DNA of 64,000 nt from an uncultured delta proteobacterium. GTDB lineage: Bacteria > Desulfobacterota > Desulfomonilia > UBA1062. The stretch spans positions 1 to 64,000 of the forward strand of contig CAWCTR010000020.1 in the NCBI GenBank assembly GCA_963798485.1, in the 5' to 3' direction. Under the pieces are notes generated by a model. The model was not told the origin of the DNA. It saw nothing but the letters and a program-made list of their open reading frames with translations, and did no database searches. The position numbers were made by a program, and so were the translations under genes. This document shows positions 10,259 to 19,100 of this stretch, piece by piece (the stretch's first letter is position 1; every line of letters starts with the position of its first letter).

Positions 10259-10292
10259 GGCTGAGGCCCCGACCGAGATCGGGGCCTCAGCC
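10259..10292. other. Perfect 14-bp GC-rich hairpin between flaG and fliD
   Basis: ggctgaggccccga-ccgaga-tcggggcctcagcc, with no U-tract. Confidence 0.75.
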
Positions 10293-10301
10293 ATTCTGCC
10301 T

Positions 10302-10679
10302 TTAGGCTCTCTCCTCCACAAGCAATCCGGTCATTTTCTTGAGATTAGCCCTTATACTGATCACAGCATCGGATGGTATCTGCCTGATCACTTTTCCCGT
10401 ATCGTCATCCACTATCTTTATCACGATGTCATTCGCCTTTCCATCGACAACGAACTGGATGGAACTGTTCATGGACTTGAGCTGCGTATTGATTGCATCA
10501 ATGTCCTGTTTGATCTCTTCGGCAGATGGTTTTTCTTTCTGAAGGGGGTTTTGTACTTGTGCTCCACTTGTTTCTTGAGATGCCTGGGCAATGGCCGGAG
10601 ACACCCCACCTGCCGTTACCATCTGGATAGGATCAATTGGTGTTGCGCTTAGAGCATCTATATTCATGTCCACACCCAC
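10302..10679 (-). CDS. flaG: Flagellar protein FlaG
   Basis: SIQFVVD...IVIKIVDDDTGKVIRQIPSD...TGLLVEERA signature; sits between fliC and fliD. Confidence 0.92.
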   Translation of the reverse strand: MGVDMNIDALSATPIDPIQMVTAGGVSPAIAQASQETSGAQVQNPLQKEKPSAEEIKQDIDAINTQLKSMNSSIQFVVDGKANDIVIKIVDDDTGKVIRQIPSDAVISIRANLKKMTGLLVEERA

Positions 10680-10688
10680 CTTTCTCCT

Positions 10689-10720
10689 AAAAGGATCAGA
10701 GGGTTACACCTGTGATCCCC
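10689..10720 (-). terminator. Intrinsic terminator/attenuator after flagellin
   Basis: Minus strand ggatcacagg-tgtaac-cctctgatcc-tttt just after the fliC stop. Confidence 0.6.
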
Positions 10721-10736
10721 GAGGAGATCGACCTCT

Positions 10737-11864
10737 TTACTTAAACAGAGTGAGAATATTCTGTGAAGTCGAATTTGCCTGGGCAAGCATCGCAGTGCCA
10801 GCCTGTTCCAGAATCTGGTTCTTGGTGAAGCTCGTCATCTCGGAAGCCATATCCACGTCCTTGATGGCAGACTCGGATGCCGAGAAGTTCGTGATGGTCG
10901 TCTGCAGATTGTTGTAGGTGTAGTCCAGCCTGTTCACGGTGGCACCGATAGAACCAAGCACATTATTTACGTCATTAAGGGCGGCATCAATGGTATCTAA
11001 CGCACTTTGTGCGGTGGTTTGGCTGCCAAGAGAAGCATTACCAAGATTAGTCGTACCATTAATACCAAGATTAGCCAACTGGAGGTTGCCCAGAGTCACA
11101 TTTATGGAGTCGTTCACGGTATTGCCGGAACCAACCTGGAATGACGCATTTCCACCCGTAGTTGCGATCAGCTTACCATTTATTGCTTGGGTGGAATAAT
11201 TGAAGCTTCCATTCGTAGTCAAGGTGATGCCGAGGGCGTCGAAATTCAGGGTTTGGACTCCACTCGTAGTGGTGGAAACCGTCTGGGAGACACCCTTCGG
11301 GCCAGTAAGGGTAATCGCGCCGGCAACTGTCTGGGCGATGGTGAATGTACCGGTCGCTGCTCCGCCGAAGTTGATACCGGTTGCATCGATGCCCATTGTT
11401 CCTGTTACATTGGTGGTTGTAGTATTTAATTGGCTTCCAAACGTACCGGTGAGTAGATCGGTGCCCTGATAATTGGTATCTCCTACAATTCTGGTTATCT
11501 CTTGCTGCAGGGTTCCGAACTCGTTTGAGAGCATTCCAATGTCCGACGACCCTACGTTACTTGATGCAGCCTGTGTTGCCAGCTCTTTCATCCTCTCGAT
11601 GATGGATTCAACCTGGTCTGCAGATCCTTCTGCGATACCGACCATTGCCTTGGCCTCACTCACGTTCTGAGATGCAACGGTCAATGACCTGACATCTGAA
11701 TCAAGATTGTTGGAAATTGCCAGACCCGGGGCATCATCCGATGCGCTGTTGATGCGTAGACCGCTGGACAGTCTCTCTATGTTTTTGGTCATCTTTGCAT
11801 CGGTCAAGACTAAGTTGTTGTGGGCGTTGAGTGCTGCGATGTTGGTGTTAATGCGAAGTGACAT
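10737..11864 (-). CDS. fliC: Flagellin
   Basis: MSLRINTNIAAL...ERLSSGLRINSASDDAPGL N-terminus and IKDVDMASEMTSFTKNQILEQAGTAMLAQAN C-terminus. Confidence 0.98.
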   Translation of the reverse strand: MSLRINTNIAALNAHNNLVLTDAKMTKNIERLSSGLRINSASDDAPGLAISNNLDSDVRSLTVASQNVSEAKAMVGIAEGSADQVESIIERMKELATQAASSNVGSSDIGMLSNEFGTLQQEITRIVGDTNYQGTDLLTGTFGSQLNTTTTNVTGTMGIDATGINFGGAATGTFTIAQTVAGAITLTGPKGVSQTVSTTTSGVQTLNFDALGITLTTNGSFNYSTQAINGKLIATTGGNASFQVGSGNTVNDSINVTLGNLQLANLGINGTTNLGNASLGSQTTAQSALDTIDAALNDVNNVLGSIGATVNRLDYTYNNLQTTITNFSASESAIKDVDMASEMTSFTKNQILEQAGTAMLAQANSTSQNILTLFK

Positions 11865-11995
11865 AATTGAATCCTCCTTGATTTTTTTTGGTTTTCCCGA
11901 CCATCCTTGGCCGTTATTTTGTATTGATCAGTTTTTCCTGTCCTGATCAGACAGCCTTACCCGTCAACCTCCTTTTGTGTTATTTACTCCTTGTG
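11865..11995 (-). promoter_or_regulatory. fliC 5' leader with multiple CsrA-type GGA motifs
   Basis: At least 7 GGA motifs, including hairpins ggcca-AGGA-tggtc and tgatcag-gacaGGAaaaa-ctgatca, and the SD caaggagga. Confidence 0.6.
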
Positions 11996-11998
11996 ATC

Positions 11999-12025
11999 TT
12001 ATCGTCAATGCGTTTGAAAACTTTA
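11999..12025 (-). promoter_or_regulatory. Sigma28 (FliA) promoter of fliC
   Basis: Minus strand TAAA-N15-GACGATAA versus consensus TAAA-N15-GCCGATAA. Confidence 0.85.
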
Positions 12026-12049
12026 ACAATAACTTATGGAATAATAGCC

Positions 12050-13696
12050 TTATTTATTTTCCCCAATCTTATCCATCCGTTCGATAATGAGCCGAGGAGA
12101 TACCCCCCTTGACAAGGCTTCCTCCAGATAGGCAATTCCCTCTGTAGAGTTGCCGGATTCAATGGAAATGTCTGCACGGACCAGATATGCCATGGTACAG
12201 GTTTGATCAAGTCTCAACGCCGAATCCGCAAGCCTTTTCGCCAGAACATAATCCTTCTGATCAAGAAGTCTTTCAGCGAGCCCTATACATACCTCTGCAA
12301 GGTCATATAAACTGTTTATCTCCCTATCATGGTCCATGCCGAGCTGTATCATGAATGATTCCAAGGATGACCGCAGGGATTCAATGTCGTTCATCTCAAT
12401 GCATGTCTGGATAAGGCCTGATAATACATCCTTATCCTCAGGAGACTCTTGGATAGACCTCAGATAAAGATCATGCGCATCCTCAAACCTCCCGACAAAG
12501 AAGTAACTCCTGGCCAGACATAACCACAATGAACGATCATACGTATCTGGATGTTCGATTACCTTTTGCAGAAAGGATATGGCATCAGCCACTTCACCTG
12601 TTTGAAGAAGCGCCATACCAAGCGCCTTTTGTGCAGGTATGAATTGCGCATTCACCCGTAAGGATGCACGATAAGCCTTTATAGCGTCCCCAATATTCCC
12701 GGCCTTTTCCATAGCAATTCCGTAGGAGAAGGGTATTTTTTCTTGAATATCAGAAGGGAGCGGGAACGTGTCGATCGTTACGCCCAGGCTTCCTGCCTTT
12801 TCCAATACCAAGACAGCCTCCTCGATCCTGCCTGTCTGTAAACAGAGGGTCCCCAAAAAATAAAACAAGATCCCGCTTTCAGGGAATACTTGTGCAGCTT
12901 GCCTGAGTTCCTGAAGTGCATTCTCCGTCATGTTCAGTCTGGCATTGCATTCAGCTATTACGATAAAGCTGTATTTATACCAGTTATTATTTCCATGGTC
13001 TCGTCTTGCCCTCTTCATATATTCCAGGCATTTCTCATACTCACTAAGGGAATAATAACTCATGGCAATATGGAAAAGATGGTTTGCGTCAAGCCTTCCC
13101 TGATGCAATTCGTCCAGGAGGATCTCTAAATTTCTCCGTGCCTTGTTCTCAATCGTCTTTTTATCATGGTATCCTGCATGATCAATGGTTATTTCTCTAT
13201 TTTCAATCTTAATACCGCATCTCTCCATACTTGGCAGTATCTGTTCGTGGATCATTCCCTCGAACATGATGTTCTTCCTGTTCGGAAAAATTCTTGGCTG
13301 GAGTGCAATAACGCTGGATGCTTCACCGACTTGATTGATAACCCTGAACAGATATCCCCTGTCTTTCCCCGGTCGGAGGTTCTTTTTCAGTTCTCGTATT
13401 TTTCTTTGATTATCCTTATTGACCCTGTCATCTGCATCAAGCCATAACAAGTAGTCCGACTCCGCAAGCTCAATGGATTTATTTCTTGCAGCTGAGAAGT
13501 CATTGCACCATGCAAAAAACCCCAGCTTTGCGCCATAGGATCTTGCTATATCGACTGTCTTATCTTGTGATCCGGTATCCACCACCACTATCTCATCAAC
13601 GATCCCCTCAATGTCGGATAATATGAGTGCAAGCCTTTCCTCCTCATCTTTCACGATCATGATAGCCCCAAGGGTGGGACGCTGAGAATCCTTCAT
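12050..13696 (-). CDS. GT2 glycosyltransferase with C-terminal TPRs (probable flagellin glycosyltransferase)
   Basis: MIVKDEEE, VVDTGSQDKT, WCNDFSAARN, WLDADD and FEGMIHEQ motifs followed by TPRs; directly upstream of fliC. Confidence 0.9.
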   Translation of the reverse strand: MKDSQRPTLGAIMIVKDEEERLALILSDIEGIVDEIVVVDTGSQDKTVDIARSYGAKLGFFAWCNDFSAARNKSIELAESDYLLWLDADDRVNKDNQRKIRELKKNLRPGKDRGYLFRVINQVGEASSVIALQPRIFPNRKNIMFEGMIHEQILPSMERCGIKIENREITIDHAGYHDKKTIENKARRNLEILLDELHQGRLDANHLFHIAMSYYSLSEYEKCLEYMKRARRDHGNNNWYKYSFIVIAECNARLNMTENALQELRQAAQVFPESGILFYFLGTLCLQTGRIEEAVLVLEKAGSLGVTIDTFPLPSDIQEKIPFSYGIAMEKAGNIGDAIKAYRASLRVNAQFIPAQKALGMALLQTGEVADAISFLQKVIEHPDTYDRSLWLCLARSYFFVGRFEDAHDLYLRSIQESPEDKDVLSGLIQTCIEMNDIESLRSSLESFMIQLGMDHDREINSLYDLAEVCIGLAERLLDQKDYVLAKRLADSALRLDQTCTMAYLVRADISIESGNSTEGIAYLEEALSRGVSPRLIIERMDKIGENK

Positions 13697-13856
13697 AGCA
13701 ACATCCAGCCGTCAGCTTTGTTAAGAGTATAGATCATCAATGCCCTTATAAAAAGTCAATGTTTTGACTCATTGACCAATACGGCCCCAATCCTTGCCCA
13801 TATTACTTAGCATGTATTTACCTGATTTAACAAGTTTATTTAACTGTTTTAATCAC

Positions 13857-13872
13857 AGGCATGCTTCTTGCT
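13857..13872 (+). promoter_or_regulatory. Putative sigma54 promoter for the GT41 genes
   Basis: AGGCATG-CTTC-TTGCT (GG-N10-GC), about 57 bp upstream of the 13929 ATG. Confidence 0.55.
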
Positions 13873-13928
13873 CATTATCCAATAAACCGCGGCTTGTCGG
13901 AGTTTTGTAAAAAAGAGACGATGATAAA

Positions 13929-16118
13929 ATGAAGAAAAAATATTGCAACACGACAATATCGAAAGGACAAGACAACTCAACAAGCCCAGTTCATTCTCAT
14001 CAAAAGGAAACAACCGGAGATAACCACCCGACGATAGAGATTCAACAGGATCCGGCAGAGGCCTTCCTGTGCCTTGGCAATACATTGTGTATGATGAATG
14101 AGTATGAACAGGCGATAGAAAATTATAACAAGGCGGTTCATATAAACCCTGCTTTAGCAGAGGCACATCATAATATTGCAGCAGTATATATAAAATGTAA
14201 TAAGATTTATGAGGGCATCAAATCATATCAACAAGCCATTATGATAAAGCCTGATTTTGCATTGGCCATCATTGGTCTTGGGGATGCACTCAGCGATGTA
14301 GGGGAATATAAAGATGGTGAATTGTGCCTGCGTAGGGCACTGGACATAAACCCCGATAATCCTTCAATCCATCATTCTTTGGGACTCGTTCTCATTAATC
14401 AACGCAATTTGAGTGAAGCGGTTTCAAGTTTCAAAAAGGCCTTGGACCTGGACCCCTGCCATGACTTTGCACTCTGTAATATGGCAAATATATTACTGAA
14501 ATTAGGCAACAGAAATGAAGCCATCCTCCTTTACCAAAGGGCTATGGAACTCAAGCCCTATATAAATTATTATTTCTCCAACCTCCTGCTTGCACTACAT
14601 TATTCTGAACATATTACCCCGAGAGAAATATATGCTCAGCATAAGAAATGGTCTGAAAAATATGAGCTGCCTTTAAAAAATCTTTTACAGTCTCATACCA
14701 ATGACAGATCCGCAGGCAAAAAGATCCGCATCGGATATGTATCGCCTGACTTCACAAGACATCCGGTTTCCAATTTCTTTGAGCCGTTGCTTGCATCACA
14801 TGACAGGTCGAATTTTGAAATATTCTGCTATTCAAATGTAAAAAGGGCAGATATCATGACGGAACATCTAAAAAATATGGCTGATAACTGGAGGGATATC
14901 TTTAATATAACTGATGAAGATGCAGCAGAGATGATACGAAGCGACAATATAGATATCCTTGTTGATCTTGCAGGACACACGGCCTTTAACAGGATGATGC
15001 TGTTTGCCCGTAAGCCCTCGCCTATCCAGGTTACCTATCTCGGTTATCCCAATACCACCGGCCTTAAAACCATGGATTACCGGATTACGGATTCATATGC
15101 AGACCCGCCCGGTAAAACAGAACACCTGCATTCTGAGGAACTGGTCCGGCTTCCTCACAGCTTTCTCTGTTACCAGCCTCCCGAAAAGACTCCTCATATC
15201 GGTGAACCGCCTTCATTAAAGAAAGGTTACGTAACATTCGGAAGTCTTAACAACAGGAGCAAAATAACACCTGACATGGTCCGGGTCTGGGCTGAGATAG
15301 TAAATATGATTCCGGATGCCAGACTGATTTTCAAATTCAATTTCTCTTCCGACCCACTGGCACAAATATTGTTACAGGATACACTTGATCAGGCAAATAT
15401 TACCATGGACCGGATCGAACTGTATGATTATACTCTATCAAAAGAAGAACACCTTGATCTGTACAACAAGGTCGATATCGCCCTGGACACATTCCCTTAC
15501 AATGGTACCACCACTACTTGTGAGGCCTTATGGATGGGTGTACCTGTCATCACGCTGGAAGGGAAAGTCCATGTATCGAGGGTGGGTCTTAGTCTCTTAT
15601 CAACCATAGGTATGACTTACCTCGTAGCTAAATCTAAAGGAGAGTATATCAAGAAGGCTGTAGACCTTGCTGCAGACATTGAAAAGCGACTATATTTGCG
15701 CTCGAACTTACAATCTCTGATGAGATCTTCCCCGCTGATGAATGCCAAGGGATTTACACAAGCCCTTGAGCATGAGTTCAGAAAGATGTGGATAAGGTGG
15801 TGTGATTCCGGACAAGGACTTATTCCGGAAGCATCAACAAGTTCTGTGATGAAATTGATTCAACAAGGGGAAGAGCTCTTCAATACCGGGGACATCCACC
15901 AAGCCCTCCGCGCTTTCCAGCAGGCACAAACCATTGCCCCCCAAAATGCCGGGGTGCTCAACAATCTCGGGGTTATATATTGGCACACGGGAAATGTTGC
16001 TCAGGCCTTCGATGTGTTCTCGCAGGCCCTTGAAATCGATCCTGACAATGCCGATGCCGTATCAAATCTGCAAGAAATTGAAAAAACATTCAGCAAAGCA
16101 GATAAACGAGGATCTTAA
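13929..16118 (+). CDS. TPR + GT41 (SPINDLY/OGT-family) protein O-glycosyltransferase with C-terminal TPRs
   Basis: N-terminal TPRs; RIGYVSPDFTRHPV, IDILVDLAGHT, PIQVTYLGYPNTTG, FGSLNNRSKI and LDTFPYNGTTTTCEALWMGVPV motifs. Confidence 0.93.
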   Translation: MKKKYCNTTISKGQDNSTSPVHSHQKETTGDNHPTIEIQQDPAEAFLCLGNTLCMMNEYEQAIENYNKAVHINPALAEAHHNIAAVYIKCNKIYEGIKSYQQAIMIKPDFALAIIGLGDALSDVGEYKDGELCLRRALDINPDNPSIHHSLGLVLINQRNLSEAVSSFKKALDLDPCHDFALCNMANILLKLGNRNEAILLYQRAMELKPYINYYFSNLLLALHYSEHITPREIYAQHKKWSEKYELPLKNLLQSHTNDRSAGKKIRIGYVSPDFTRHPVSNFFEPLLASHDRSNFEIFCYSNVKRADIMTEHLKNMADNWRDIFNITDEDAAEMIRSDNIDILVDLAGHTAFNRMMLFARKPSPIQVTYLGYPNTTGLKTMDYRITDSYADPPGKTEHLHSEELVRLPHSFLCYQPPEKTPHIGEPPSLKKGYVTFGSLNNRSKITPDMVRVWAEIVNMIPDARLIFKFNFSSDPLAQILLQDTLDQANITMDRIELYDYTLSKEEHLDLYNKVDIALDTFPYNGTTTTCEALWMGVPVITLEGKVHVSRVGLSLLSTIGMTYLVAKSKGEYIKKAVDLAADIEKRLYLRSNLQSLMRSSPLMNAKGFTQALEHEFRKMWIRWCDSGQGLIPEASTSSVMKLIQQGEELFNTGDIHQALRAFQQAQTIAPQNAGVLNNLGVIYWHTGNVAQAFDVFSQALEIDPDNADAVSNLQEIEKTFSKADKRGS

Positions 16119-16137
16119 GATCTTGCGGAGAGTCACT

Positions 16138-19100
16138 ATGGCAATGAATAATAAGACAATGCCGAGCAAACAGGAAACCCCTTATGACCTTCTCAACAAG
16201 AAAAATTTGAATGATCTGCTTTTATCAGCCTTTGAGCAACATCAGTCAGGATCTCTTGAGAAAGCCAAGGATCTCTATACCTCTATACTGAGCCATCATC
16301 CCGATCATCCGGATGTGCTGCACTTGCTTGGGGTGATTTGCTACCAGAACGGAGATATGGATGCTGCTGAAAATTTCATTAAAAAGGCTGATAAGATCAA
16401 TCCCCATGTTCCTGAATATAAATGCAACCTTGGCAATATACTCAGTAAACTGGGAAGGCATGAAGAGGCAATTTCATGCTATAGAGATGCGCTTAAACTC
16501 AACCCCGACTTTACCGAGGCATACAACAATTTGGGTGTAAGCCTCAGGTGTACATCCAAGATACAAGAAGCAGTAGATTGTTATAAAAAGGCCTTAGAAA
16601 TTAAACCCGATCATGAATCGGCTCATAATAACCTTGGAAATATATTCAGGGAAAGCGGAGAAATCGATCAGGCCCTCTTTCATTATCAACAGGCCATCAG
16701 ACTGAATCCTCATTATGTTGAGGCATATATAAATCTTGGTAAAACATTTCGGGATAAAGGCGATTATGATAACGCAATTGCGTGTTTCAGAAAGACTATT
16801 GAGATCAAGAACGACTATGCCGATGCATATCACCTCCTTGGTATTACCTATCACGAAACCGGGAGCTTCAATGACGCATGTGAATGCCTCTGTAAGGAAC
16901 TTGAGATAAGGCCGGAGAACCCGCATGCGAACAACAGTCTTGGAATTGCATTGCAGCATGCGGGAAAACCGGAGGGTGCAATCTCTTATTATCAAAAGGC
17001 CATAGAGATCGACCCTGATTTTGCAGAAGCATACAGCAACCTTGGCATTGCCCTTCATCATACAGGCAGACCGGAGGAGGCCATACTCTCTTATAAAAAG
17101 GCCATCGCCCTCAATAGCGAGTTTGCAAAGGCATACAACAACCTTGGCATCACTCTTCTTGAAATGCACAAGACAGAGGAAGCAATTGAATCTTTCGAAC
17201 AGGCCCTCCATATCCAGCCCGATTTTGCTGAAGCATACAATAACTTGGGTATCGCCCTACAGGTTGTGAAAAGACAAGAGGACGCACATACAACCTTCCA
17301 AAAGGCACTTGCCGTTAAACCCGCTTTCGTTGATGCCCACATCAATTCAGGAAATACATTCAGAGATCAGTTCCAATTCGCAGAGGCCTTATCGTGTTAT
17401 CACAAGGCATTGGAGATTAACCCTCACAATATTGATGCATTAAACAACACGGCTTATATCTTTTCCATCCAGGGAAAAGTGAAAGAATCCATCCATTTTT
17501 ATCAAAAAGCACTGGAGATAGATCCAGACCATGCAACCACTCATTCCAATCTTCTCTTTTCTTTACATTACCAGGATTCCATAGATTTTCAGGAGTTGTC
17601 AGAACAGCATAAGAGATGGGGTGAAAAGGTCGCTCGAACACTGACAATGGATATGAGCCCGCACGCAAATGACAAGACACCAGGGCGGAAATTACGAATA
17701 GGCTATGTCTCGCCTGATTTTCGCAAACATTCTGTTGCCTATTTCATTGAGCCGATTCTTGCCTCTCATGATGAGTCTGCATTCGAGGTCTTCTGCTACT
17801 CAAACGTTGCCGTCCCCGATGAGACGACTGAACATATTCAATCCCTTGTAAAGACCTGGCATGATATTACTCTATTGAAAGATAAACAAGTGGAGGATAT
17901 GATTCGGGATGATAAAATAGACATCCTTATTGACCTGGCAGGGCACTCTTCAAAAAATCGCCTATCCCTGTTCGCACTTGGCCCTGCGCCGGTTCAAGTG
18001 ACCTACCTGGGTTACCCAAACACCACCGGGCTTCTAAACATGCACTACCGTATTACCGATGCACTTGCCGACCCTGCCGGGAAGACTGACCATCTCTTCA
18101 CTGAAAAATTACTTCGTTTGCCCAGAGGATTTCTCTGTTTCAGACCACCATTGGAAACCCCTGAAGTTGCTCAACCACCCATCATGAAGTCGGGTAACGT
18201 GACCTTTGGTTCATTTAATAACCGCGCCAAAATAACCCCCCGTGTCGTGAAGGTATGGTCGGAAATCCTGAAAAGACTTCCCGGCAGTCGCATGGTTCTC
18301 AAGTCAGAAGTCCTGATCGATCCTGAGACACAACAGTCTCTTCTGGATATATTTGTCCAAAACGGTGTCAGTCCTGACCGAGTCGGATTCTATGGTTCCA
18401 TTCCAAACCAATATGACCACCTTGCTCTCTATAACAGCATTGACATTGCGCTTGATACCTTCCCATACAACGGTACTACAACAACATGTGAAGCACTCTG
18501 GATGGGGGTACCGGTTATTGTGCTTAAAGGGGATGCCCACATGTCAAGGGTGGGTGTGAGTCTCCTGACCAATGCCGGTATGGAGGAATTCATAGCTGAT
18601 ACACCCGAAGATTATGTGAAAAAGGCTGTCGGCCTTGCGAATGATCAGGATGGACTTCTCCGGCTTCGGAACAAGCAACGAAATATTATGGCCGATTCTC
18701 CCCTTATGGACGCACAAGTTTTCACACAATATCTGGAAAAAGAATACCGAAAGATATGGGGACAATGGTGTACTATGAATAATGAACGTACAATCGACAA
18801 AATAAACTGTTTTACCGGTGAGCGGGCCATGCCCCTTGCTACGAACATGGACATGGCCGTAATGCAAGAGCATTGGGCGCGATATAACCATGTTTTACCG
18901 CTGTGTACGGGAAAGAGGGTTCTGGATGTAGCCTGTGGATCCGGCTACGGATCAGACCTGCTTGCACAGAGCGCAAAGGGTGTTACCGGTGGTGATATCT
19001 CACATGATGCAATATCTTACTGCAAGGCCCACTATCATAGGCCCAATCTCAGTTTTGGGGTAATGGACATCAGGAAGCTGCCATTCTCAGATAATTCCTT

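Noticed and set aside
15934-16137. N-terminal extension of the 2050-aa ORF
   Set aside because: Overlaps the upstream GT41 gene by 185 bp in another frame; ATG 16138 has an RBS and precedes the first TPR.
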